Assembly: GCA_046714915.1 (NCBI GenBank)
Contig: JBKJZS010000409.1
Location: 1 to 36,921, forward strand
Source: Polaromonas sp.
GTDB lineage: Bacteria > Pseudomonadota > Gammaproteobacteria > Burkholderiales > Burkholderiaceae_C
Direction: 5' to 3'
DNA length: 36,921 nt
Part shown: positions 27,058 to 35,986 of the stretch, piece after piece
Position numbering within the stretch: the stretch's first letter is position 1
Layout: every line of letters begins with the position of its first letter
Translations under genes and position numbers: made by a program
Notes under the pieces: model-generated
Told to the model about the DNA's origin: nothing
The model's input: the letters and a program-made list of their open reading frames with translations, nothing else
Databases searched by the model: none

Positions 27058-30000
27058 ATGTTTGTCCATTTACGTATTCACACCGAATTTTCAGTGGTCG
27101 ACGGCACCACCCGCATTGATGAAATCGTTCACGCCGCCGCCGCCGACCGTCAGCCTGCGCTGGCCATTACCGATCTGGGGAATCTGTTTGGCACGGTCAA
27201 GTTTTACAAGGAAACCCGCGGCGCCGGTGTCAAACCACTGATCGGCGCTGACGTGTGGGTGCAGGTCCCGGGCAAAGACGCCGGCGCGGCACCGGCGCGC
27301 CTGCTGCTGCTGGTGCAAAACCGCCAGGGCTACCGGAACCTGTCGGAGTTGCTGACGCGGGCCTGGACCAAAGGCGTGGTGCGCGACCAGGCCGTCATCA
27401 GGCTGGAATGGCTGCAGGAACTCAATGAAGGCCTGATTGCCTTGTCGGGCGCGCAGGGCGGCGCCGTGGGGCAGGCGCTGGTGCAGGGCGATGGCCCGCG
27501 CGCGCTGGAATGCGCGCTGCGTCTGGCGGGGCTTTTCCCGCACCGTTTTTACCTGGAGCTGCAGCGCGCCCAAAGGGTTGACGACGAGCAGCACGTGGCA
27601 GCGGCGGTCCAGCTGGCGGCCCGGCTCAAACTCCCGGTGGTCGCCACCCACCCGGTGCAGTTTTTGGGCTATGAGGACTATGAGGCCCATGAGGCCCGTG
27701 TCTGCATTGCCGAGGGCGAAATCCTCGGCAATGCGCGGCGCGTGCGCAAGTTCACGCGCGAGCAGTATTTCAAGTCGTCAGCGCAGATGGCAAAGCTGTT
27801 TGCCGACCTCCCTTCGGCCCTGGCCAACACGCTGGAGATCGCCAAACGCTGCAACCTGGTGCTTGAGCTGGGCAAGCCCATGCTGCCTGACTACCCGACT
27901 CCGGAAGTCAATGGTGTGCGCCTGCCGATCGACGCCTACTTCCGCCATGCCTCCCTCGAAGGCCTGGAAGTGCGCCTGGCCCACCTCTACCCCGATGTAG
28001 CCGTGCGCGACCAGAAAAGGCCGGTCTACGTGGAGCGGCTGGAGTTCGAAATCAACACGATTTTGAAAATGGGTTTTCCGGGTTACTTCCTGATCGTCGG
28101 CGACTTCATCAACTGGGCCAAAAACAATGGCTGCCCGGTGGGGCCGGGCCGGGGCTCGGGCGCCGGCTCGCTGGTGGCGTATTCGCTGAAGATCACCGAC
28201 CTTGACCCGCTGCAGTACAACCTGCTGTTCGAGCGTTTTCTGAATCCGGAGCGGGTGTCCATGCCCGACTTCGATATTGATTTTTGTCAGACCAACCGCG
28301 ACCGCGTGATTGATTACGTGAAGGACAAATACGGCAAAGAGGCGGTCAGCCAGATCGTTACCTTCGGCACCATGGCGGCGCGTGCGGCGATCCGCGATGT
28401 GGGCCGCGTGCTCGATTTTGCCTACGGCTTTTGCGATGGCATTTCCAAGTTGATTCCGAACAAGCCGGGCCAGGCCGTGACCCTGCAACTGCCGCCGCCC
28501 GACCGCGACAAAAACGACAAGCTGGTGTATGCGCTGGAGGCCGAGCCGATTCTGGCCGAGCGCGAGCGCAAGGAAGAAGACGTCCGCACCCTGCTGGAGC
28601 TGGCGCGCAAGCTCGAAGGCCTGACACGCAACGTTGGCATGCACGCTGGCGGTGTGCTCATTGCGCCGGGAAAGCTGACCGATTTTTGCCCGCTGTATGC
28701 CCAGCCCGGCAGCGGCTCGGCGGTGAGTCAGTTCGACAAAGACGATGTGGAAGCCATTGGCCTCGTCAAGTTCGACTTTTTGGGTCTGGCAACCCTGACC
28801 ATTCTGGAGCTGGCCAAAGACTTTATCGTCCAGCGCCATCCGGCGCGTAAGGACTTCCGCTACGAGGATTTGCCGCTGGACGACGCGCGCGTGTACGCGC
28901 TGTTTGCCAAAGGCCAGACGGAAGCGGTGTTCCAGTTTGAAAGCCGGGGTATGCAGGGCATGCTGCGCGACGCCAAGCCGACTCGTCTCGAAGACCTGAT
29001 TGCGATGAATGCGCTGTACCGGCCCGGCCCGATGGACCTGATTCCGACCTACATCGCGCGCAAGTCAGGCCGTGAAGACGTGGTCTACCCCGACCCGCGC
29101 GTCGAGGCGATTTTGTCCGAGACCTACGGCGTCATGATTTACCAGGAGCAGGTGATGCAGATGGCGCAGATCCTGGGCGGTTATTCGCTCGGTGGCGCTG
29201 ATTTGCTGCGCCGCGCCATGGGTAAAAAGAAGGCCGAGGAAATGGCGGAGCATCGCCAGATTTTCAGCACCGGAGCTGCCGAAAAAGGCATCACCAGGGA
29301 AAACGCCGACAAGGTCTTTGACGACATGGAGAAGTTCGCAGGGTACGGCTTCAACAAGTCGCACTCTGCCGCGTATGCCTTGCTGGCCTACCACACCGCC
29401 TGGATCAAGGTCCATTACACGGCTGAATTTTTCTGCGCCAACATGACGGTGGAAATGGGCGACACCGACAAGCTCAAGGTGTTGTTCGGCGACGCCATGA
29501 AGATGGGCCTCACCTTCGAATCGCCCGACGTGAACCGCGGCCACTACCGCTTCGAGCCGATCAGCAACAGCAGCATTCGCTACGGCCTGGGCGCGGTCAA
29601 GGGCACCGGCCAGCAGGCGATTGCCGCCATCGTGGCCGCGCGCGAGGCGGGCGGGCCATTCACTTCGCTGTATGACTTCTGCGTTCGGGTGGACAAGTCC
29701 AGACTCAACAAACGCACGGTAGAGGCGCTGATCAAGGCCGGCGCCTTTGACAACCTGCAACTCAATCGCGCGTCGCTGCTGGCCTCGGTGGACCGCGCTT
29801 TTGAATTTGCCGCCGCCACCGAGGCCAATGCCAACCAGGGCGGGCTGTTCGACATGGCCGACTCGCACGCGGCCAGCACGCAGGAACCGGCCTTGGTTGA
29901 AGCCGTGCCGTTTGGCGTGAAGGCGCGCCTGACCCAGGAGAAAACAGCGATCGGCTTTTATTTGTCGGGCCACCTGTTTGACGAGGTCGAGCGCGAAGTA

Positions 30001-30567
30001 CGCCAGTTCGCCAAGCGAAAAATCGACGAACTGATCGATTCGCGCGAGCCGCAGTTGCTGGCCGCCATCGTGACCGATTTCCGCGTTATCAACGGCCAGC
30101 GTGGCAAGCTCGCGCTGTTCAAGCTGGACGACAAATCGGCTGTGATCGAAGCCACCGCCGACGAAGCGCTGATCAACGCCAACCGCAATTTGCTCAAAGA
30201 CGATGAGCTGGTGATTGTGCAGGGGGTGTTGCAAGCGGACCGTTTCACCGGTGGCTCGCGGCTTAAGGTTACGCAGGTCTGGGACCTGGATGCGGCGCGC
30301 TGCCGCTTCGGCAAGTACCTCCGGGTGGTGGTCAATGGCACGGCGCCGGATGTGCAACGCCTCGTCAGGGATTTCCCCCCGCACCGCGAAATGTCGGAGC
30401 AGGGGGAGGTCAGTCGCGGCCTGCCGGTGCGCCTGAGTCTTCAACGCGGCAGTGTCAGCGCGGAGCTGCAGCTGGGTGAGGCCGCGAAGTTTTTCCCGTC
30501 CGACGCGGCGCTGGCCAGCTGGATGGCCCAGGCCGACCAGGGGATGGCACACATTGTTTATGAATGA
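27058..30567 (+). CDS. dnaE: DNA polymerase III alpha subunit
   Basis: PHP domain, GPGRGSGAGS, SMPDFDIDF, YGFNKSH, OB fold; no intein-sized insert. Confidence 0.98.
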   Translation: MFVHLRIHTEFSVVDGTTRIDEIVHAAAADRQPALAITDLGNLFGTVKFYKETRGAGVKPLIGADVWVQVPGKDAGAAPARLLLLVQNRQGYRNLSELLTRAWTKGVVRDQAVIRLEWLQELNEGLIALSGAQGGAVGQALVQGDGPRALECALRLAGLFPHRFYLELQRAQRVDDEQHVAAAVQLAARLKLPVVATHPVQFLGYEDYEAHEARVCIAEGEILGNARRVRKFTREQYFKSSAQMAKLFADLPSALANTLEIAKRCNLVLELGKPMLPDYPTPEVNGVRLPIDAYFRHASLEGLEVRLAHLYPDVAVRDQKRPVYVERLEFEINTILKMGFPGYFLIVGDFINWAKNNGCPVGPGRGSGAGSLVAYSLKITDLDPLQYNLLFERFLNPERVSMPDFDIDFCQTNRDRVIDYVKDKYGKEAVSQIVTFGTMAARAAIRDVGRVLDFAYGFCDGISKLIPNKPGQAVTLQLPPPDRDKNDKLVYALEAEPILAERERKEEDVRTLLELARKLEGLTRNVGMHAGGVLIAPGKLTDFCPLYAQPGSGSAVSQFDKDDVEAIGLVKFDFLGLATLTILELAKDFIVQRHPARKDFRYEDLPLDDARVYALFAKGQTEAVFQFESRGMQGMLRDAKPTRLEDLIAMNALYRPGPMDLIPTYIARKSGREDVVYPDPRVEAILSETYGVMIYQEQVMQMAQILGGYSLGGADLLRRAMGKKKAEEMAEHRQIFSTGAAEKGITRENADKVFDDMEKFAGYGFNKSHSAAYALLAYHTAWIKVHYTAEFFCANMTVEMGDTDKLKVLFGDAMKMGLTFESPDVNRGHYRFEPISNSSIRYGLGAVKGTGQQAIAAIVAAREAGGPFTSLYDFCVRVDKSRLNKRTVEALIKAGAFDNLQLNRASLLASVDRAFEFAAATEANANQGGLFDMADSHAASTQEPALVEAVPFGVKARLTQEKTAIGFYLSGHLFDEVEREVRQFAKRKIDELIDSREPQLLAAIVTDFRVINGQRGKLALFKLDDKSAVIEATADEALINANRNLLKDDELVIVQGVLQADRFTGGSRLKVTQVWDLDAARCRFGKYLRVVVNGTAPDVQRLVRDFPPHREMSEQGEVSRGLPVRLSLQRGSVSAELQLGEAAKFFPSDAALASWMAQADQGMAHIVYE

Positions 30568-30621
30568 AATCGGGCTATAGCCCTTGTTTCATATGCGTGA
30601 GTAGCTATTAAATATGTAGCA
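30563..30621 (-). repeat. family B repeat overlapping the dnaE stop
   Basis: Minus strand TGCTACATATTTAATAGCTACTCACGC...GGGCTATAGCCCGATTTCATT. Confidence 0.75.
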
Positions 30622-30700
30622 ATCGAAATTTGTTTTGAAGTCGAAAATGGCATCTTCGACGTTTGCCATTGCAGGCCTGACCAATACTCTTCGTTTAACT

Positions 30701-30792
30701 GTCATTGCGGGCTCGACCCGCAATCCATGCTGGCGCGTCATGGATGCTCCCGGATCGAAGTCCGGGGCAGGCTTATCAGGTCCGGGATGACA
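30701..30792 (+). repeat. family C paired-hairpin repeat
   Basis: GTCATTGCGGGCTCGACCCGCAATCCATG...CCCGGATCGAAGTCCGGG...TCCGGGATGACA; matches 3489-3540. Confidence 0.8.
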
Positions 30793-30842
30793 GCCATCGT
30801 CCGGGATCATAGATGGGGGGTGACGGCTTTGCCAAACGGTGT

Positions 30843-30892
30843 TGGCTCCAGCCCGCGAAGGTACAGCGCAACAAGCTATCATATTGATAGCA
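30843..30892 (-). repeat. family B repeat
   Basis: Minus strand TGCTATCAATATGATAGCTTGTTGCGC...GGGCTGGAGCCA. Confidence 0.7.
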
Positions 30893-30910
30893 ATTTATCG
30901 TCCGGACGCA

Positions 30911-31774
30911 CTAATCTTTGGGCCGGAACTCCAGAATCATAGGGCTGGGCACCCGGCCATCGACATCGCGTGGCATGGTCTCGGTGCGGATGATGGCCTT
31001 GATCACTGCCTCATCCCAGGCCTTGTTGCCGCTGGCCTTGATCAGTCGCTGGCTGATGATGCTGCCGTCCAGCGCGGTACGCACCTCAACCTCGGCGGTC
31101 GGGTTGCCGGCGATGTCTTCGGTGAACACGATGTTGGGTTTGACTTTGGCGCGCACCTTGCCGCCATAACTGGCCGAGGGGCCGCTTGATTTTTGCGTCG
31201 TGCCTTTGGAATCTGCCGCGCCGGTGGCGCCGGCTTGGCCGAGCATGCGTTCCAGGTTTTTCTTGCGCTGGTCGGCGAGCTTCTGGGCTTCCTGCTTGTT
31301 GGTCTCTGCCTTTTTGTCCTCCGCTTTTTTTGCGTCCAGCTTTTTCGTGTCCTCGGCGGCCTTGCGTTTGGCCAGCTCAAGTTCCCTGGCTTTCAAGGCA
31401 TTCTCTTTTTCCTTTTGCTGAGACTTGAGTTTGTCGTCGGCTTCTTTTTTCTGTTGCAACTTGCGCCGCTTTTCCCGCTCCAGCGCAATATCGACGTCGG
31501 GTGTGGGTGGTGGCGCCTTGACCTGAGGCGGCTCGGGTGCCGGCTGGGGTGGTGGCGGCGGCGGGGCCTCCACCAGCCTGGGCGCTGCCTCCTGCGGCAG
31601 ACTGGACCACAACTCGGCTTCAAAGGAAATATCGGGGTTGCTGCGCTTCCAGTTCACGCCCCAGGTGAGCGCCGCGCCCAGCAGGAGATGGGCCAGCAAT
31701 GCCAGGCTGAAGGCCCGCATCGCACCGGGGTCGCGGTGGGGTGCAAATTCAAGGCGGTCGGCGGCGCTGGGCAT
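30911..31774 (-). CDS. tolA: Tol-Pal protein TolA
   Basis: TM with conserved His, Pro-rich then Lys/Glu/Ala-rich linker, C-terminal SGNKAWDEAV domain; follows tolQR. Confidence 0.92.
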   Translation of the reverse strand: MPSAADRLEFAPHRDPGAMRAFSLALLAHLLLGAALTWGVNWKRSNPDISFEAELWSSLPQEAAPRLVEAPPPPPPQPAPEPPQVKAPPPTPDVDIALEREKRRKLQQKKEADDKLKSQQKEKENALKARELELAKRKAAEDTKKLDAKKAEDKKAETNKQEAQKLADQRKKNLERMLGQAGATGAADSKGTTQKSSGPSASYGGKVRAKVKPNIVFTEDIAGNPTAEVEVRTALDGSIISQRLIKASGNKAWDEAVIKAIIRTETMPRDVDGRVPSPMILEFRPKD

Positions 31775-31808
31775 GGGGTGGGTATGACTGTGCGCGGAAA
31801 AACCGGCT

Positions 31809-32240
31809 TCAGTTGCCAGTCTGCACGGACAGTCCGACACGGGCCACGCCTGCTTTTTGCAGGGCGTCCATGACCTTGACCACGGTTTCGTATTTGACCG
31901 ATTTGTCAGCGCTGATCACCACGGGCGTGAGCTGCTCACCCGTCGGCACCGCCGGTTGCAAGCGCTTGACGGCCGACCCAACGTCGCCGAGCCTGGTCGT
32001 TGCCGCCTCGCCGGCGGTCTTGATTTGTATGACCTCATCTTTGCTGATCAATATCTGGATCGGCTTGGCTGGTTGACCGGTTGCCTTGCCGACCTTGGGC
32101 AGGGCGATCATGCTGGGGGTGATCAGCGGCGCCGTTACCATGAAGATGATGAGGAGCACCAGCATCACGTCAATGAAAGGCACCATGTTGATCTCGCTGA
32201 TGTTGCGACGGCCTCGGCCGCGAGAATTGGTGGCTGGCAT
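31809..32240 (-). CDS. tolR: TolR
   Basis: SEINMVPFIDVMLVLLIIFMVTAP; ADKSVKYETVVKVMD; GGAG RBS before ATG 32240. Confidence 0.95.
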   Translation of the reverse strand: MPATNSRGRGRRNISEINMVPFIDVMLVLLIIFMVTAPLITPSMIALPKVGKATGQPAKPIQILISKDEVIQIKTAGEAATTRLGDVGSAVKRLQPAVPTGEQLTPVVISADKSVKYETVVKVMDALQKAGVARVGLSVQTGN

Positions 32241-32254
32241 ATCAGGTCTCCGTA

Positions 32255-32417
32255 GGGCCGCCCCAAGGCGACCTGGGCCCCCTCGGGGGGCCGGGCCAAA
32301 GCGTGATGCCTCGGAACGTGCGTGGCGCAGGCCCGGCATTGGGCTCGGTCCGCCGTACCGCAGCCCGCACGGCCACTGCGCGAGCCCGGTGCAGTGACGA
32401 AGCCGAAAACGTGGAGG
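32255..32417 (-). repeat. family A element, copy A4, expanded by internal hairpins
   Basis: Plus-strand ends GGGCCGCCCCAAGG...CCCCCTCGGGGGGC and ACGAAGCCGAAAACGTGGAGG match A2/A6; interior has CCGGGCC..GGCCCGG and GGGCTCG..CGAGCCC stems. Confidence 0.7.
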
Positions 32418-32434
32418 TGATCATTTTTCCTGGT

Positions 32435-33127
32435 CTAGTGACCTGAGGGCGAGGTAGCGCCCAGATTGCGTTGCAGGATGTTGGAAAACTCTTCGATGAA
32501 AGTCTCCAGCTTGTTGGCCACGCGATCAATGTCATGGGCAAAGCGGTTGTAAGCCACCACGGCAGGAATGGCGGCAAACAGGCCAATGGCGGTGGCGACC
32601 AGCGCTTCGGCAATGCCGGGCGCCACGGCTGACAGCGTGACCTGCTCCAGGGCAGCCAGTCCGGTAAAGGCATGCATGATGCCCCAGACGGTGCCGAACA
32701 GGCCGACATAAGGCGACACTGAACCGACCGTGGCGAGGAAGGACAAATTTGCCTCGACGGCGTCGACTTCGCGCTGGTAGCTTGCGCGCATGGCGCGGCG
32801 GGCGCCGTCAAGGAGGGTGCTGGGGTCGGCCATGCGGCGCTCGCGCAGTTTCTGAAATTCGCGCATGCCGCTGGCAAAAATACGTTCCATCGGCCCGGTG
32901 TGCCGGGCGTTCTGGGTGGCTGCGGTGTAGAGGTCGTTCAGGCTCGTGCCAGACCAGAACTCGCGGTCAAACTCCTCATTGAGCGACTGCACGCGTTTGA
33001 GCGAAATGATCTTGCGGAAGATGGCCGACCAGCTCGCAATCGACACCCCGACCAGCAACGCCACCACGCCCTGAACCACCCAGCTGGCGTTGAGAATGAG
33101 AGTGACAATGGATAAATCCTGATTCAT
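32435..33127 (-). CDS. tolQ: TolQ
   Basis: LATVGSVSPYVGLFGTVWGIM, VAPGIAEALVATAIGLFAAIPAV. Confidence 0.97.
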   Translation of the reverse strand: MNQDLSIVTLILNASWVVQGVVALLVGVSIASWSAIFRKIISLKRVQSLNEEFDREFWSGTSLNDLYTAATQNARHTGPMERIFASGMREFQKLRERRMADPSTLLDGARRAMRASYQREVDAVEANLSFLATVGSVSPYVGLFGTVWGIMHAFTGLAALEQVTLSAVAPGIAEALVATAIGLFAAIPAVVAYNRFAHDIDRVANKLETFIEEFSNILQRNLGATSPSGH

Positions 33128-33774
33128 GTTGTGGTTTCCAGACTGTCAAGGATGTGAGCGGGAATTCTGGCAGGTTTGAGGCTGGCCGCGTCCACCCAGC
33201 CTATGCGTATCGTGCCCTCGCAGAGTAATGTCGCCTCCACGCTATTCGCTGCGCGTGCCATCGGCGGCACGCTGCCCCTTTCACCCAATGAAGGGGCTAA
33301 TTTTCCCAGGGGCGGCCCGGCGGAAAATTGCCCGTCGCCCAAGTTTCTGCCGGGCAGGTCATTTCGCTCTGATTTTAATAGCGCCTGCTGCCTGATTATC
33401 AAGGACGCCCGACCTTTTTCGACCAGACTTGCAGTCACAGTCAGTTCGTCATCGAGGCGGGCAGGGCGGTGATAGCGAACGCGGGTTTCTGTCACGACAA
33501 AGATGCCGCCGGTGCTTTCACGCAGGCGCTGCTGCTCAATGCCCAGGGATCTGAGCCACTCGGTGCGCGAGCGTTCAAAAAATTTCAGGTAGTTGGCGTA
33601 GAACACAATGCCGCCTGCATCGGTGTCTTCCCAGTACACCCGTATTGGCCAACTAAAGGCGCTTTTTAGTGGGGGAGGAAGGCAATTTTCCGACGGGCCG
33701 CCCCTAGGAAAATTAGCCCCCTCGGGGGGCAGCGCAGTACGCGAAGCGACAAGCGTGGGGGTCACCTTATCCAA
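33124..33774 (-). CDS. ybgC: Tol-Pal-associated acyl-CoA thioesterase with repeat-derived N-terminal extension and internal insert
   Basis: RVYWEDTDAGGIVFYANYLKFFERSRTEWL, PARLDD, RIP; TTG 33774 has a GGAGG RBS, and no start codon lies between the repeat and the conserved core. Confidence 0.9.
   Translation of the reverse strand: MDKVTPTLVASRTALPPEGANFPRGGPSENCLPPPLKSAFSWPIRVYWEDTDAGGIVFYANYLKFFERSRTEWLRSLGIEQQRLRESTGGIFVVTETRVRYHRPARLDDELTVTASLVEKGRASLIIRQQALLKSERNDLPGRNLGDGQFSAGPPLGKLAPSLGERGSVPPMARAANSVEATLLCEGTIRIGWVDAASLKPARIPAHILDSLETTT
33234..33332 (+). repeat. family A element, copy A5, in frame inside ybgC
   Basis: CCTCCACGCT...CGGCGGCACGCTGCCCCTT...GGGGCTAATTTTCCCAGGGGCGGCCCGGCGGAAAATTGCC. 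Confidence 0.85.
33681..33761 (-). repeat. family A element, copy A6, encoding the YbgC N-terminus
   Basis: CCCCCACGCTTGTCGCTTCG...CTGCCCCCCGAGGGGGCTAATTTTCCTAGGGGCGGCCCGTCGGAAAATTGCC; closely similar to A2. Confidence 0.85.
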
Positions 33775-34972
33775 GCACCGCCTCCAGCCGCGCGACCGCT
33801 TCCTGCAGTTCTGCCATCGAACTGGCCGTGGAAAAGCGGATGTAACGCTCGGGCGCGTCGGTGCCGAAATCGCGGCCCGGTGTCACTGCCAGGTGCGCCC
33901 GCTTCATCAGCTCGAAGGCAAAGTCCCAGCTGCCGTTCACACCCAGGCGGGCGGCGGCTTCCGTGCAGTCGGCATACGCATAAAAAGCGCCGTCAGGCAT
34001 GACGGGCACCCGAAGACCCAGACGATTGAGTTCGGGGATGAAGTAGTCGCGCCTGGACTTGAATTCGGCGCGGCGCCGTTCGTACTCGGCCAGGCTGTCG
34101 GCTTCAAAACAGGCCAGCGCGGCGTGTTGGGCAACGGTGCTGGCGCAGATGAACAGGTTCTGGGCGATGCGTTCGACCACCGGCGCCAGTGCCTCGGGCA
34201 CAACCAGCCAGCCCAGCCGCCATCCCGTCATGTTGAAGTACTTGCTGAAGCTGTTGATGCTGATGATGCTGTCGCCCAGACCATCGGCCATGGCCAGCGC
34301 GCTCTGGCCAAAGCGCTCCTCGTAGCTCAGACCCAGGTAAATTTCATCAATCAGGGTGATGCCGCCGCGGCTGTGCACAAACTCATGGATGCGGCGCAGC
34401 TCTTCCGGCGCGATCGAGGTACCGGTCGGGTTGGACGGCGAAGCCAGCAACACGCCGCGGGTCTTGTCGGTCCACGCGGCCTGCACCTTGGCGCTGCTGA
34501 GCTGAAAGCGTTCTTCGGCCGTCGTCGGAATCAGCACCGCGGTGCCGTCGGCGGCGCTGACAAAGTGCCGGTTGCAGGGATAGCTCGGATCGGGCATCAG
34601 GATCTCGTCGCCGGCCTCGATCAACGCCAGGCAGGCCAGCTGCAGTGCCGCCGAGGCGCCGGCAGTGATGATGATGCGGCCCGGCGCAACAGCGGCATGA
34701 AAACGCGCGGCGTACCAGGCGCTGATGCGTTCACGCAGAGGCTGCAGGCCGGTTGCCTGCGTGTATTGGGTGTCGCCGTTCTGGATGGCCCGCACCGCTG
34801 CCTGCTGAACCAGAGGCGGCGCGGTGAAGTCCGGCTCGCCAATGTTCAGGAAAATCATCGGCTGCGCGGTGTGGGCGACTTCTTGGGCCATTGCCGCCGC
34901 GGCCTTGGCGACCTCCATCACATAAAAAGGCTCAATGCGCTGGGCGCGCCGGGAAATTCTCACTGGGTTCAC
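33767..34972 (-). CDS. class I/II PLP-dependent aminotransferase
   Basis: [32 protein letters not shown]. Confidence 0.93.
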   Translation of the reverse strand: MNPVRISRRAQRIEPFYVMEVAKAAAAMAQEVAHTAQPMIFLNIGEPDFTAPPLVQQAAVRAIQNGDTQYTQATGLQPLRERISAWYAARFHAAVAPGRIIITAGASAALQLACLALIEAGDEILMPDPSYPCNRHFVSAADGTAVLIPTTAEERFQLSSAKVQAAWTDKTRGVLLASPSNPTGTSIAPEELRRIHEFVHSRGGITLIDEIYLGLSYEERFGQSALAMADGLGDSIISINSFSKYFNMTGWRLGWLVVPEALAPVVERIAQNLFICASTVAQHAALACFEADSLAEYERRRAEFKSRRDYFIPELNRLGLRVPVMPDGAFYAYADCTEAAARLGVNGSWDFAFELMKRAHLAVTPGRDFGTDAPERYIRFSTASSMAELQEAVARLEAVLG

Positions 34973-35484
34973 GCCTTGTCTGCGGCAACTTCAGCGGCGC
35001 GAAAGGCCGGTGCCAGCTTGTGCAGCACGCCATTGACGTATTTGTGGCCATCGGTGCCGCCGAAGGCCTTGGCGAGCTCAATACATTCATTGATAACCAC
35101 GCGGTATGGCACATCCAGGCAGTGCTTGAACTCGTAGGTGCCAATCCACAGCACCGCGTGTTCGACCGGTGATATTTCAGCCATTTTGCGGTCCAGCAGC
35201 GGCGTCACGCTGCCATCCAGCAAAAGCGCGTCGCGAATGCAGCCGTGCAGCAAGGCGTCGTAGTGTACCGAATCGGCCTTGTGAAAACCCACCAGGTCGC
35301 GGGTGAAGGCATCGATGGATTCAGCTTCATTGCCGCTCACCAGGTGCTGGTAGAGGGCCTGCAAGGCAAACTCGCGCGCGCGGGTACGGGCCGATTTGTC
35401 AGCCGCTTTTTTCACGCCGGTGTCGGTCAGCCCGGTGCGGGTCTGCGGGGGGCGTTTGGGTTTGGTGGTGTTTGTTTCAGACAT
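34969..35484 (-). CDS. nusB: transcription antitermination factor NusB
   Basis: [38 protein letters not shown]; ATG 35484. Confidence 0.95.
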   Translation of the reverse strand: MSETNTTKPKRPPQTRTGLTDTGVKKAADKSARTRAREFALQALYQHLVSGNEAESIDAFTRDLVGFHKADSVHYDALLHGCIRDALLLDGSVTPLLDRKMAEISPVEHAVLWIGTYEFKHCLDVPYRVVINECIELAKAFGGTDGHKYVNGVLHKLAPAFRAAEVAADKA

Positions 35485-35518
35485 GGCGCGTTGGTTGGGG
35501 AGTGTTGGCCGTGGATGC

Positions 35519-35983
35519 TCAGGCAAGTTCGTTCAGCAGGTTGGCCATTTCCACAGCCGCACGCGCCGCGTCGCGGCCTTTGTCGATCTGGCGGGCTTCG
35601 GCCTGGGCGACGTTTTCCACCGTCAAAATGGCGTTCGCGATCGGCAACTGGTAGTCCAGTGTGAGCCGGCTGACCGAGGCGCCACTTTCATTGGCGACCA
35701 GCTCAAAGTGATAGGTTTCGCCGCGAATGACGCAGCCCAGCGCTACCAGCGCGTCGTATTTGTCGCGCTCAGCCATGGCCTGCAAGGCTGAGGGTATCTC
35801 CAGTGCGCCCGGTACCTTCACGTGGTGGATGTTTTTTTCTTCGACTCCCAACGCCAGAAGTTCCTGCCAGCAGGCCTGGGCCAGCGCGTTGGTAATGCTT
35901 TCGTTGAAGCGCGCCTGAACGATGCCAATCGAGAGTTTTTTGCCATCCAGTTTGTCGGACCGGCCTTTTTCTGCACCAAACAC
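35519..35983 (-). CDS. ribH: 6,7-dimethyl-8-ribityllumazine synthase
   Basis: [24 protein letters not shown]. Confidence 0.96.
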   Translation of the reverse strand: MFGAEKGRSDKLDGKKLSIGIVQARFNESITNALAQACWQELLALGVEEKNIHHVKVPGALEIPSALQAMAERDKYDALVALGCVIRGETYHFELVANESGASVSRLTLDYQLPIANAILTVENVAQAEARQIDKGRDAARAAVEMANLLNELA

Positions 35984-35986
35984 AGT

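Noticed and set aside
16952-33761. Repeats as a CRISPR array
   Set aside because: Dispersed, divergent and variable in length; no regular spacers and no cas genes
33767-34972. PLP enzyme as the missing EgtE lyase
   Set aside because: Class I/II aminotransferase embedded in the nusB-ybgC operon; EgtE is a class V-type enzyme and nothing in the sequence links this gene to egt
11345-35137. Long antisense ORFs (11345-13246, 24732-26225, 29065-30552, 33608-35137 and similar)
   Set aside because: Shadows of well-supported genes on the other strand, expected in high-GC DNA
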